Shown here piece by piece: positions 34,195 through 43,513 of a DNA stretch of 61,536 nucleotides (position 1 is its first letter; every line of letters starts with the position of its first letter). The DNA lies in contig CAMGDG010000001.1 in NCBI GenBank assembly GCA_946041635.1, positions 1-61,536 of the forward strand, read 5' to 3'. The translations under genes were made by a program, and so were the position numbers. Source of the stretch: an uncultured Clostridia bacterium (GTDB lineage: Bacteria > Bacillota > Clostridia > Oscillospirales > Acutalibacteraceae). Under the pieces are notes generated by a model, which was given only the letters and a program-made list of their open reading frames with translations, was not told the DNA's origin and ran no database searches.

Positions 34195-35580
34195 TTATTT
34201 CTTCTGTTTCCAGCCGATTTTGTTTACCTGCCTTGCTCTTGCAATGCCGAGAGCGTCTTCGGGAACATCCTCGGTGATTGTTGAGCCTGCCGCAGTATAA
34301 GCGCCGTTGCCCACTTTTACGGGAGCAACAAGGTTTGTGTTACAACCGATAAATACATCGTCGCCGATAACGGTTCGGTATTTTGCCTTACCTGTGTAGT
34401 TTACCGTAACCGTGCCGCAGCCGAAGTTAACACGCTTGCCCACATCGGAGTCGCCCACATAAGTCAAATGGGAAACCTTTGTGCCCGTGTCAATATTTGA
34501 ATTTTTCACCTCAACGAAATTGCCTAAATGCACGCCGTTGCCGATAACCGAATTGGGACGGATATGAACAAAAGGACCTATATCCGCACCGCTTTTAACA
34601 ACGGATTGATAGCATTGAACATTGTTGAGCTTTGCATTGTCTTCAATAACGCTGTCGCTGATAATTGAATTGGGACCTATAACGCAGTTTTTGCCGATTT
34701 TAGTCTTGCCCTTAATGATGGTGCCCGGCAAAATAAGAGTGTCAATTCCGATTTCAGCGCCGGGCTCAATAATAACGCCGTCGCTGAAAGGAATGTCAAC
34801 GCCTGCCGAAAGGTGAAATTCAATTTCCTGCCTTTTGGCGTATTCATTAAGCTCCATAAGCTGAATTCTGTTGTTTGCGCCGAGAATAATGTCGGAACGG
34901 GAGGCAAAAAATGTGTCTGCCCGAGCGCCTAATTCAATGAGAATGGAAATAGCGTCAACAAGATTGTAATGCCCGTTTGCTCTCGGCGGCAGAGTTGTAA
35001 TTATCTCGCAAAGTTTTTTCGCCTTAAACCAATATGTTCCCGAGGAAATCTCCGTAATTCTTTTAACATCGCTGTCCGCGTCCTGCTCCTCGATTATGCC
35101 TATGAATTTTCTTTCCGTATCTCTTATAATTCTGCCGTAGCCGAAGGGCTTTGCAATATTTGCGGTGATAACGGTAATATCATTGCCCGAATTTATATGG
35201 CTCGCATATGCGGCGCATACGGTGTTGGCGTCCATAAACGGGGTGTCGCCGTTGAGAATAAGCACATTTCCGTCGCTTTCGGCGCAATCCTTTAAATATT
35301 CATACGCCTGCAAAACCGCATTTGCAGTGCCGAGGGGCGAGTTTTGCTCAACCGTGAAAACAGGCTTGCCGGGAAACTCGGCCTTCAAGCTTTCCGTAAT
35401 AACGGTATCCTTTGCAGGTACAACCGTTACAACCTTGCCTACGCCTGAATTTACCGCCGCACCCGTAACATGCAAAATCATAGGCTTTCCCATAATTTTC
35501 GCCATAACAGGCGGGAGCCCCGATTTTAAATACATATTTGTTCCGCCCGCCATTATAACGGCAATATCGTTTTTATTCAT
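34195..35580 (-). CDS. glmU: GlmU-like bifunctional protein (nucleotidyltransferase domain plus left-handed beta-helix acetyltransferase)
   Basis: ORF to 35622. ATG 35580 is preferred (RBS GGAGG). The C-terminal hexapeptide region VNYTGKAKYRTVIGDDVFIGCNTNLVAPV is GlmU-like. The N-terminal signature is degenerate (see findings). Confidence 0.8.
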   Translation of the reverse strand: MNKNDIAVIMAGGTNMYLKSGLPPVMAKIMGKPMILHVTGAAVNSGVGKVVTVVPAKDTVITESLKAEFPGKPVFTVEQNSPLGTANAVLQAYEYLKDCAESDGNVLILNGDTPFMDANTVCAAYASHINSGNDITVITANIAKPFGYGRIIRDTERKFIGIIEEQDADSDVKRITEISSGTYWFKAKKLCEIITTLPPRANGHYNLVDAISILIELGARADTFFASRSDIILGANNRIQLMELNEYAKRQEIEFHLSAGVDIPFSDGVIIEPGAEIGIDTLILPGTIIKGKTKIGKNCVIGPNSIISDSVIEDNAKLNNVQCYQSVVKSGADIGPFVHIRPNSVIGNGVHLGNFVEVKNSNIDTGTKVSHLTYVGDSDVGKRVNFGCGTVTVNYTGKAKYRTVIGDDVFIGCNTNLVAPVKVGNGAYTAAGSTITEDVPEDALGIARARQVNKIGWKQKK

Positions 35581-35767
35581 ACCGTTTCCTCCCCTCAAAT
35601 TTAGAGAACCGTATAACCACAATCATTTTACCATATATGCAATAAATTTTCAATATTTCTTTTTCAAAATCCTTGGCTCTGCAAAGCCGTTTTTTCCTCT
35701 TAAAGCCTTGAAATAACCCATAGAAAATGATATAATTACTTTTATTATTACCGAAAGGGGGATAAGT

Positions 35768-37807
35768 ATGAGCCGTAAAAGATGGATAACCGCACCTATC
35801 GACAAAGACTTGGCGGCGCAGGTTGCCGAAAATCACAGCCTTGACCCCTTTACGGCGCTGATATTAGTGTCCCGCGGTATTACGGAATACGAAGATGTTG
35901 AGGACTTTTTTGATACGGATTTCAGTTTTTGTGACCCCTATCTCATTGCCGATATGGATAAAGCGGCTTTGCGGATAAAAAGGGCAATAGATAATTTTGA
36001 AAAAATCTGTGTTTACGGCGACTATGATGCGGACGGAGTTACCTCAACCGCGCTTATGTATTCATACCTTTCCTCCCACGGCGCCGATGTTATGTATTAT
36101 ATCCCCGACAGAATAACAGAGGGGTACGGTATGTCCTGCTCTGCCGTTGATAAACTTCACGCCCAAGGGGTAAAGCTTATTGTAACCGTTGATAACGGCG
36201 TGTCCGCAATAGAGGAGATAGCCTATGCACAAAGTCTTGGGATTGAAACGGTTGTGACAGACCACCATATGCCCGGCGAACAGCTCCCCGACGCCGTTGC
36301 GGTTGTTGACCCTCACCGTGAGGACTGCAATCTGCACTTTAAGGATTGGGCAGGGGTAGGCGTTGCCTTTAAAACCGTTTGCGCCCTTGAACACGGGGAT
36401 TATTCGGAGATACTCAACGAATATGCCGATATTCTCGCCGTAGGTACCGTTGCCGATGTGGTGGATTTAAAGGACGAAAACCGTGCAATCGTAAAGTACG
36501 GCGTTGCAAAAATAAATGCAAATCCCTGTAACGGAATAAATGCTCTCCGTCAGATTGCAGGCGTGAGCGACAGAGCCTTAAACGGAGTGGGAATAACCTT
36601 CTCTCTGGCTCCCCGTATAAATGCGGCAGGCAGAATGGAGTCTGCCGAAACCGCTTTGAAATTGCTTTTGTGCGAGGATTTGTCCGCCGCTCTCGGCATT
36701 GCCGAGCAGGTGGATAACTGCAATAAACAGCGCCATATTTCCGAAAATGAAATAATGGAGGAGGCTGTAGCTTGTATTGAGGCGGATAAGCGGCTGAAAT
36801 ACGCAAAGGTTATAGTGGTGTGCGGTGAAAACTGGCATCACGGAGTTATAGGCATTGTGGCGGCAAGAATTACCGAAAAATACGGCAGACCGTCAATAGT
36901 AATAACCTTTGACGGCGATAAGGGTACAGGCTCTGCAAGAAGTATTGAAGGCTTTTCCGTGTATGACGCAATAAAAGCCTGCGGTGATTTTCTTACTCAT
37001 TTCGGCGGCCATACCATGGCGGCAGGGCTTGGAATTGACCGTGAAAATGTTGAAAGCTTTTTCAGGGCGATTAACGCATATGCGTTGTCCTGTGAAGAAA
37101 CCGTGCCCACACTTATGCTTGACTGCAAGCTGAACCCTGCATATATAAATGCACAGCTTGCCGAGTCTCTTGAAGCATTGGAGCCTTTCGGCGCAGGCAA
37201 TCCTCAGCCTGTTTTCGGAATTTTCGGGGTGCGTATTACGGGAATAAAGCCTGTGGGCGACGGTAAACACCTGCGTATTAGCTTTACAAAGGGCAATACT
37301 CAGTTCTGCGCAATGAAATTTTCCACAACACTTAAAGAGCTTCCTTACCGTGAGGGCGATACGGTGGATTTGGCTGTAAAAATCGACAAAAATGAATTCA
37401 GGGGCGAAATCAGAGCCTCTGTTCAGATAAAGGATATGCGTTTTTCGGGAATTGACGAGGATAAGCTTTTCAAATCCCGTGCTCTCTATGAAAAATATAT
37501 GCGTGGCGAAACGCTTACCTGCCACGAGGCGAGATTTTTAACTCCGTCAAGAGAATTTTTGCTGGGCGTATTTAATTTTTTGAAAAATTACGGCGGCTGG
37601 CAGTTCGGTATTGAAAGTATGCTTGTCCGCACAAACTGTCCTGCGGAAAATCTGTGCAAAATGCAGATTTCCGTTGATGTTCTTTGCGAATTGGGACTCA
37701 TACGGCAAGAGAGAGGCATAATATTATTTGACGGCGGCGGTAAAAAAGCGGATTTGTCCGCCTCTGCCGTATTAAGGGATTTAGCAATGCAGGGGAGTGA
37801 GCATTGA
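35768..37807 (+). CDS. recJ: Single-stranded-DNA-specific exonuclease RecJ
   Basis: DHH motifs DYDADGV, VTVDNG, VVTDHH and GGHTMAAG. Confidence 0.93.
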   Translation: MSRKRWITAPIDKDLAAQVAENHSLDPFTALILVSRGITEYEDVEDFFDTDFSFCDPYLIADMDKAALRIKRAIDNFEKICVYGDYDADGVTSTALMYSYLSSHGADVMYYIPDRITEGYGMSCSAVDKLHAQGVKLIVTVDNGVSAIEEIAYAQSLGIETVVTDHHMPGEQLPDAVAVVDPHREDCNLHFKDWAGVGVAFKTVCALEHGDYSEILNEYADILAVGTVADVVDLKDENRAIVKYGVAKINANPCNGINALRQIAGVSDRALNGVGITFSLAPRINAAGRMESAETALKLLLCEDLSAALGIAEQVDNCNKQRHISENEIMEEAVACIEADKRLKYAKVIVVCGENWHHGVIGIVAARITEKYGRPSIVITFDGDKGTGSARSIEGFSVYDAIKACGDFLTHFGGHTMAAGLGIDRENVESFFRAINAYALSCEETVPTLMLDCKLNPAYINAQLAESLEALEPFGAGNPQPVFGIFGVRITGIKPVGDGKHLRISFTKGNTQFCAMKFSTTLKELPYREGDTVDLAVKIDKNEFRGEIRASVQIKDMRFSGIDEDKLFKSRALYEKYMRGETLTCHEARFLTPSREFLLGVFNFLKNYGGWQFGIESMLVRTNCPAENLCKMQISVDVLCELGLIRQERGIILFDGGGKKADLSASAVLRDLAMQGSEH

Positions 37808-39999
37808 TGGCGGAAAATGTAAATGTAAAAAGGCTTTACAGCGACTTGCGCGGGAAAATTGCGGCGGTTCATAATGAAGACGAGCTGAAAATCATTGATA
37901 AGGCGTTCGGCGTTGCCGAGGAATATCACGGCGGTCAGCTTCGCCGTTCGGGCGAGCCGTATATTATCCACCCGATAGCGGTTGCCGATATTCTTGTGGA
38001 TTTGGGTATGGATTGGCAGTCGCTTGTGGCGGCGCTTCTTCACGATGTGGTTGAGGATACGCCCTATACTCTTGAACAGCTTCGTGCCGATTTCGGCGAT
38101 GAGGTGGCAACTCTTGTCGACGGTGTTACAAAGCTCGGTAAGGTGCAGATAACCTCCCGTGAAACAAAAGAGGAACAGCAGGCGGAAAATGTCCGCAAAA
38201 TGCTCCTTGCAATGTCAAAGGATATCCGTGTTATCATCGTAAAGCTTGCCGACAGGCTTCACAATATGCGTACCCTTGAATTTGTTGACCCGCAAAAGCA
38301 AAGGGATAAGGCACTTGAAACCCTTGAAATTTTTGCTCCCATTTCTCACCGTCTCGGTATCCGTTCCGTCAAAGAGGAGCTGGAAGACAGAGCAATCCGT
38401 TTTCTCGACCCCGTGGCGTATGCCTCAATCGAGGAAAATGTTAAAAATTCAAGCCGTTCAGGAAACGATTTTCTTGAAAATACAAAAGAAAAAATACTTG
38501 AAAGAGTTCGTCTTACCGTTCCGAACGCCCAAATCAGCGGAAGAATAAAAAGCGTTCACGGCATATACAGAAAAATGTATATGCAGGGCAAGCAGTTCGA
38601 TGAAATTTACGATATATACGCAGTCCGTATAATAGTTGATACGGTTGTGGATTGCTATAACTGTCTGGGTATTATCCACGATATGTATAAGCCTTTACCG
38701 GGGCGTTTTAAGGATTATATCTCAACGCCCAAGCCCAATATGTATCAGTCTTTGCATACAACGGTAATCGGCAAGGAGGGCACTCCCTTTGAGGTGCAGA
38801 TAAGAACATGGGAAATGCACCGTACAGCCGAATACGGTATTGCGGCGCATTGGAAATATAAGCTGGGTATCAACGGCGGAAAGAAAAGCTTTGACGAGGG
38901 GCTTCAATGGATTCGTGAAATGCTTGAAGCACAGCAGGAAACAGGGGACGCCCGTGAAATCGTTTCCTCAATCAAAACCGACCTTATACCCGATGAGGTA
39001 TTTGTTTATACCCCCAAGGGTGATGTTATAAATATTCCTCAGGGCTCAACTGTTATCGACTTTGCTTATGCCATTCATACAGAAGTAGGCAATAAAATGA
39101 CCGGCGCCAAGGTGGACGGCAGAATGGTCCCCCTTGATTATGTGGTAAAAACGGGAGAAATCGTTGAAATTCTCACAACCTCTCAGCCGGGCAAAGGCCC
39201 CAGCAGGGATTGGCTCAATATTGCAAAATCGAGTCAGGCAAAGAGCAAAATCCGTTCATGGTTCAAGCGTGAAAAGCGTGATGAAAATATTGCGGAGGGC
39301 AAGGCAGAGGTTGAGCGTGAGTTTAAGCGTAACTATATCCGTCTTGACGAAGAAGATTATCAAACCTTTTTGAAAAAGCTTTGTGAGCGTCAGCATATGG
39401 AGTCTCTCGATGATTTCTATGCCGCAATCGGCTTCGGCGGGCTTTCAATAAACCGCCTTATGCCGTATATCAAAGAGGAATATCATAAAAACTACGATAA
39501 AAGCCGTGAAGAAATTAAAATCACACCTGTTGAAACCGTTTCAAGAAAGAAAAAGGACGGCGTTACGGTTGAGGGCATTGATAACTGCCTTATTAAATTT
39601 TCACGGTGCTGTAATCCGCTTCCCGGCGACCCCATAATCGGTTTTATCACGAGAGGACACGGTGTTTCTGTTCATAAGGCGGACTGTACCAATGTCCCCA
39701 AGGATATAAAGAACTGCGCCGAGCCTGCCCGCTGGGTAAAGGCGCATTGGAATAAGGATGTAAAAGAAGAATATAAGGCTACCATTACCATGACCTGCCT
39801 TTCAAGAATAGGACTTATGGCAGATGTAAGTATGCAGGTGGCAAATATGAAAGTTAACATAACGGATATCAATACCCGTGATACCAAGGACGGCAGATGT
39901 ATTTTAAGCATAACCGTAAAGGTTGGGGGTATTGAGCACCTTAAAAACCTTATTGCAAAAATAGAAAAGGTTGACGGAGTATTGAGCGTAGAGAGGTAA
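37807..39999 (+). CDS. rel: Bifunctional (p)ppGpp synthetase/hydrolase (RelA/SpoT family)
   Basis: HD block LLHDVVEDT, synthetase domain, TGS domain and C-terminal ACT domain. The ATG overlaps the recJ TGA. Confidence 0.95.
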   Translation: MAENVNVKRLYSDLRGKIAAVHNEDELKIIDKAFGVAEEYHGGQLRRSGEPYIIHPIAVADILVDLGMDWQSLVAALLHDVVEDTPYTLEQLRADFGDEVATLVDGVTKLGKVQITSRETKEEQQAENVRKMLLAMSKDIRVIIVKLADRLHNMRTLEFVDPQKQRDKALETLEIFAPISHRLGIRSVKEELEDRAIRFLDPVAYASIEENVKNSSRSGNDFLENTKEKILERVRLTVPNAQISGRIKSVHGIYRKMYMQGKQFDEIYDIYAVRIIVDTVVDCYNCLGIIHDMYKPLPGRFKDYISTPKPNMYQSLHTTVIGKEGTPFEVQIRTWEMHRTAEYGIAAHWKYKLGINGGKKSFDEGLQWIREMLEAQQETGDAREIVSSIKTDLIPDEVFVYTPKGDVINIPQGSTVIDFAYAIHTEVGNKMTGAKVDGRMVPLDYVVKTGEIVEILTTSQPGKGPSRDWLNIAKSSQAKSKIRSWFKREKRDENIAEGKAEVEREFKRNYIRLDEEDYQTFLKKLCERQHMESLDDFYAAIGFGGLSINRLMPYIKEEYHKNYDKSREEIKITPVETVSRKKKDGVTVEGIDNCLIKFSRCCNPLPGDPIIGFITRGHGVSVHKADCTNVPKDIKNCAEPARWVKAHWNKDVKEEYKATITMTCLSRIGLMADVSMQVANMKVNITDINTRDTKDGRCILSITVKVGGIEHLKNLIAKIEKVDGVLSVER

Positions 40000-40002
40000 A
40001 AA

Positions 40003-40461
40003 ATGAAAGCAGTTATACAAAGAGTAACAAAAGCCTCCGTAACGGTAAACGGTGAGCTTATTTCGAAAATCGGCAAGGGCTATCTTGTCCTTTTGGGCGT
40101 AATGGACGACGATACAGAGGCGGACGCCGAAATAACGGCGAAAAAAACTGCCTCGCTGCGTATTTTTGAGGACGAGGATGAAAAAATGAATTTGGACATT
40201 CTCAATGTGGGCGGCGAGGTGCTTGCCGTATCTCAATTCACCCTTTGCGCAGATGTAAAAAAAGGCAACAGACCGTCCTTTATCCGTTCAGCGGCGCCCG
40301 ACCGTGCAAACGAGCTGTATGAGCTCTATTGCAGTAAGCTTTTAGAGAACGGCGTTAAAAATGTTCAAAAAGGCATTTTCGGTGCCGATATGAAGGTTGA
40401 GCTTTTAAACGACGGCCCCGTTACCATTCTTTACGATTCGGAAATTTGGAGAAAGAAGTAA
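40003..40461 (+). CDS. dtd: D-aminoacyl-tRNA deacylase
   Basis: MKAVIQRV ... SQFTLCADVKKGNRPSF. Confidence 0.95.
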   Translation: MKAVIQRVTKASVTVNGELISKIGKGYLVLLGVMDDDTEADAEITAKKTASLRIFEDEDEKMNLDILNVGGEVLAVSQFTLCADVKKGNRPSFIRSAAPDRANELYELYCSKLLENGVKNVQKGIFGADMKVELLNDGPVTILYDSEIWRKK

Positions 40462-40466
40462 TTTAA

Positions 40467-41105
40467 TTGAGTATCAGTATAAAAAGATTTGTTCTCGGTG
40501 ATATTTCAACAAATACCTATGTTGTGACGGACGACATCAGCGGCGACTGCGCCGTTGTGGACCCTGCAACGGAGGATAGGGAACTTTCGGAATATTTAAA
40601 GGACAAAAATGTAAAATATATCCTTTTAACTCACGGCCATTTCGACCATATTTCAGGTGTTAAGGCGTTAAAGGATAGAACTTCGGCGCAGACAGTCATT
40701 CACAGCGAGGATGCCGATTGCCTTTATGACCGTGACAAAAGCCTTTTTTCCTGGCAGTATCCTGATGGCGAACAGCCTGTGTGCCGTGGGGATAAAACAG
40801 TAAATGACGGCGACACCCTGCCCTTCGGTGACGGTGAAATCCGTGTTATGCACACTCCGGGGCATACAAAGGGCGGCGTTTGCTATATTTTCACAAATGA
40901 CCGTGTAATTTTTTCGGGCGATACCCTGTTCCGCCTTTCAGCGGGCAGAACGGATTTTCCCGGAGGTAGTCCCCGTGAGGAGCTTATGTCCCTTTCCAAG
41001 CTTGCGGCGATAGAGGGCGATTATAAGGTTTACCCGGGTCACGGTGAGGAAACAACACTTGAATACGAACGGCGGAATAACCGTTATGTTAAGGTAAGAA
41101 AATGA
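40467..41105 (+). CDS. MBL-fold metallo-hydrolase
   Basis: LTHGHFDHISG (HxHxDH). TTG start. Confidence 0.85.
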   Translation: MSISIKRFVLGDISTNTYVVTDDISGDCAVVDPATEDRELSEYLKDKNVKYILLTHGHFDHISGVKALKDRTSAQTVIHSEDADCLYDRDKSLFSWQYPDGEQPVCRGDKTVNDGDTLPFGDGEIRVMHTPGHTKGGVCYIFTNDRVIFSGDTLFRLSAGRTDFPGGSPREELMSLSKLAAIEGDYKVYPGHGEETTLEYERRNNRYVKVRK

Positions 41106-42538
41106 AACTTTTGGTAATCAATCACAATTTCCATTATGAGATGGAAAAGCTTGTGCGTATATTTTTCCCCAATGAAAAAATAGAGGTTGTCCGTGACGAA
41201 AATACAGAGGATTTTCAGCTTTTAACATCGGTGGGGGAGAATATAACCGTTGCGGCTCGGTTTAACGGCTTTTCAAAAACCCTCACAGCCCCTCTTTGCG
41301 GTGACAATGAAATGCAAATGGGCAGAATGGTGTATTCTCTTATGGGGGAATACACAGGCTTTTATCCTAAATGGGGAGTTTTAACAGGTGTAAGGCCGTC
41401 CAAGCTTTTGATTAACACGGAAAAAGAGATGGGCAGAGAAAATACCGAAAGATATTTTAAAAACGAATTGCTTGTTTCCCACGAAAAATACGCCCTTGCA
41501 CGAAGTGTTGCAGATTGTGAGGAGCATATAATTTCTCTTTCAAAACCCGATTCTTTCAGCCTTTATGTGTCGATTCCATTTTGTCCCACACGGTGCAGTT
41601 ATTGCTCCTTTGTTTCACATTCCGTAGAAACGGAAAAGGCGAAAAATCTTGTTCCCCGATATGTGGAATTGCTTTTAAAAGAACTTGAAATAACAGGCAA
41701 AATTGCAAAAAATCTTGGCTTGCGCCTTGAAAGCGTATATGTGGGCGGCGGAACTCCCACAACTCTCAATGGGGAACAGTTAAAGGCTTTAACGGGCACA
41801 ATTAACCGTTGCTTTGACCTTTCCTCCTGCCGTGAATTTACCGTTGAGGCAGGCAGACCCGATACCGTAACAGAGGAAAAACTGTTGGTGTTAAAAAACA
41901 ACGCCGTTAACAGAATAAGCATAAATCCGCAAACCTTTTCCGACAGCGTTTTGAAAGAAATCGGCAGGCATCACAGCGCCGAGGATACAATAAACGCCTT
42001 TAAACTTGCAAGGAATTCAGGCTTTGACAATATAAATATGGATTTGATTGCAGGTCTGCCCACCGATACCGCAGAAAGCTTTTGCCGCTCTGCCGATATT
42101 GCTTTAAGCCTTGACCCCGAGAATATCACGGTTCATACCCTTGCTGTAAAAAGAGCGTCAAGCATAGGTTTAGCTTCACCGTCGATTGCGGCTGAAAATG
42201 CAAAAATTGCGTCACAAATGCTTGACTATACATATGAAAAGTTTAAAAATAACTATCATCCGTACTATATGTACCGTCAGTCAAAATCCGCAGGCAGTCT
42301 TGAAAATGTGGGCTGGAGCCGAGAGGGCTTTGAGTGCGTTTACAACATTTTTATGATGGAGGAATGTCACACAATTCTCTCCTGCGGAGGCGGTGCGGTG
42401 ACAAAGCTTAAAGCACCCTCGGGCGATGAAATAGAACGGATTTTCAATTTTAAATATCCTTTTGAGTATATTTCGGGCTTTGAGGAGCTTATTGACCGCA
42501 AGAAAAGAATAACACAGTTTTATAATACATATTCTTAA
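41102..42538 (+). CDS. hemZ: Radical SAM HemN-family protein (HemZ-type annotation)
   Basis: 478 aa with CPTRCSYCSF (CxxxCxxC). Confidence 0.8.
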   Translation: MKLLVINHNFHYEMEKLVRIFFPNEKIEVVRDENTEDFQLLTSVGENITVAARFNGFSKTLTAPLCGDNEMQMGRMVYSLMGEYTGFYPKWGVLTGVRPSKLLINTEKEMGRENTERYFKNELLVSHEKYALARSVADCEEHIISLSKPDSFSLYVSIPFCPTRCSYCSFVSHSVETEKAKNLVPRYVELLLKELEITGKIAKNLGLRLESVYVGGGTPTTLNGEQLKALTGTINRCFDLSSCREFTVEAGRPDTVTEEKLLVLKNNAVNRISINPQTFSDSVLKEIGRHHSAEDTINAFKLARNSGFDNINMDLIAGLPTDTAESFCRSADIALSLDPENITVHTLAVKRASSIGLASPSIAAENAKIASQMLDYTYEKFKNNYHPYYMYRQSKSAGSLENVGWSREGFECVYNIFMMEECHTILSCGGGAVTKLKAPSGDEIERIFNFKYPFEYISGFEELIDRKKRITQFYNTYS

Positions 42539-42565
42539 AGGTGGACAGAGAAAGGCAGGTACAAA

Positions 42566-43513
42566 ATGTCAAATATCAATAACGAGCTTGAATATATAAA
42601 CGAAACAGCGTCGGCAGCACCCTGTTATTTGGTAGAAAAATGCGAGGCGCGTTACAAAAATATTATAGACGAAATCGCTTGCCGCGTGTGCGAGGACAAG
42701 GGCAGAGAAATAGTGATGCTGGCAGGTCCTTCCTCTTCGGGCAAAACAACAACGGCGAATAAGCTGGCGCAGGCCTTTCGTGAACACGGAGTTCAAACTT
42801 ATGTTTTGAGCCTTGACGATTTTTACATTAACCGTGAGGATATACCCATGCTTCCCGACGGCACACGGGATTATGAAACCGTTTATGCCCTCGACCTTGA
42901 TTGCTTTGAAAAAACCGTCAACGCTTTGCTGAAAGGCGAAACGGTGAAATCGCCCATATTTGATTTCACAACAGGTAAGAGGAGCGATACAAGGTTTAAC
43001 GAAATAACGCTCGGGGAAACCGACGCCGTTATAATTGAGGGGCTTCATGCGCTGAACCCTGTTATTACCGATAAAATTGACGGTAAGCTTATGAAAATAT
43101 ATATCAGCGTTTCGTCCAGAATTTACGACCGCAAGGGCAAAATAATTCTTAACAAACGCAATATCCGTTTCGTGCGCAGATTGGTGCGTGATTATAAATT
43201 CAGGGACAGCACGGTTGACAATACTTACAAATTGTGGAAAAATGTAACAGAGGGAGAGGATAAATACCTGTTCCCTTACCGCAGTAACGCAGATATACGC
43301 ATAAACACAATTCATCTTTATGAGCCCTGCGTTTTAAAACAGCAGGCTTTGCCGCTTCTTGAAAACAGTGAAATTTCCGATGAGTACAAGAGTGAAGCCG
43401 CAAAGCTTCGCAAATCACTTGAACTGTTTGAAGATATTGATATTTCCCTCGTTCCGCAAGATTCTTTGTTAAGAGAATTTCTCGGGACTGAAACGAAAAC
43501 GAAAAAGGTGTGA
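42566..43513 (+). CDS. Uridine-kinase-family P-loop nucleoside kinase
   Basis: Walker A GPSSSGKTT, Udk-like core. Confidence 0.7.
   Translation: MSNINNELEYINETASAAPCYLVEKCEARYKNIIDEIACRVCEDKGREIVMLAGPSSSGKTTTANKLAQAFREHGVQTYVLSLDDFYINREDIPMLPDGTRDYETVYALDLDCFEKTVNALLKGETVKSPIFDFTTGKRSDTRFNEITLGETDAVIIEGLHALNPVITDKIDGKLMKIYISVSSRIYDRKGKIILNKRNIRFVRRLVRDYKFRDSTVDNTYKLWKNVTEGEDKYLFPYRSNADIRINTIHLYEPCVLKQQALPLLENSEISDEYKSEAAKLRKSLELFEDIDISLVPQDSLLREFLGTETKTKKV

Noticed and set aside
36893-37525. 210-aa minus-strand ORF inside recJ (and similar ORFs at 36062..36806)
   Set aside because: They are antisense to a strongly supported RecJ ORF and have no motifs.
42569-43315. 248-aa minus-strand ORF
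   Set aside because: It is antisense to the P-loop kinase gene and has no RBS or motifs.
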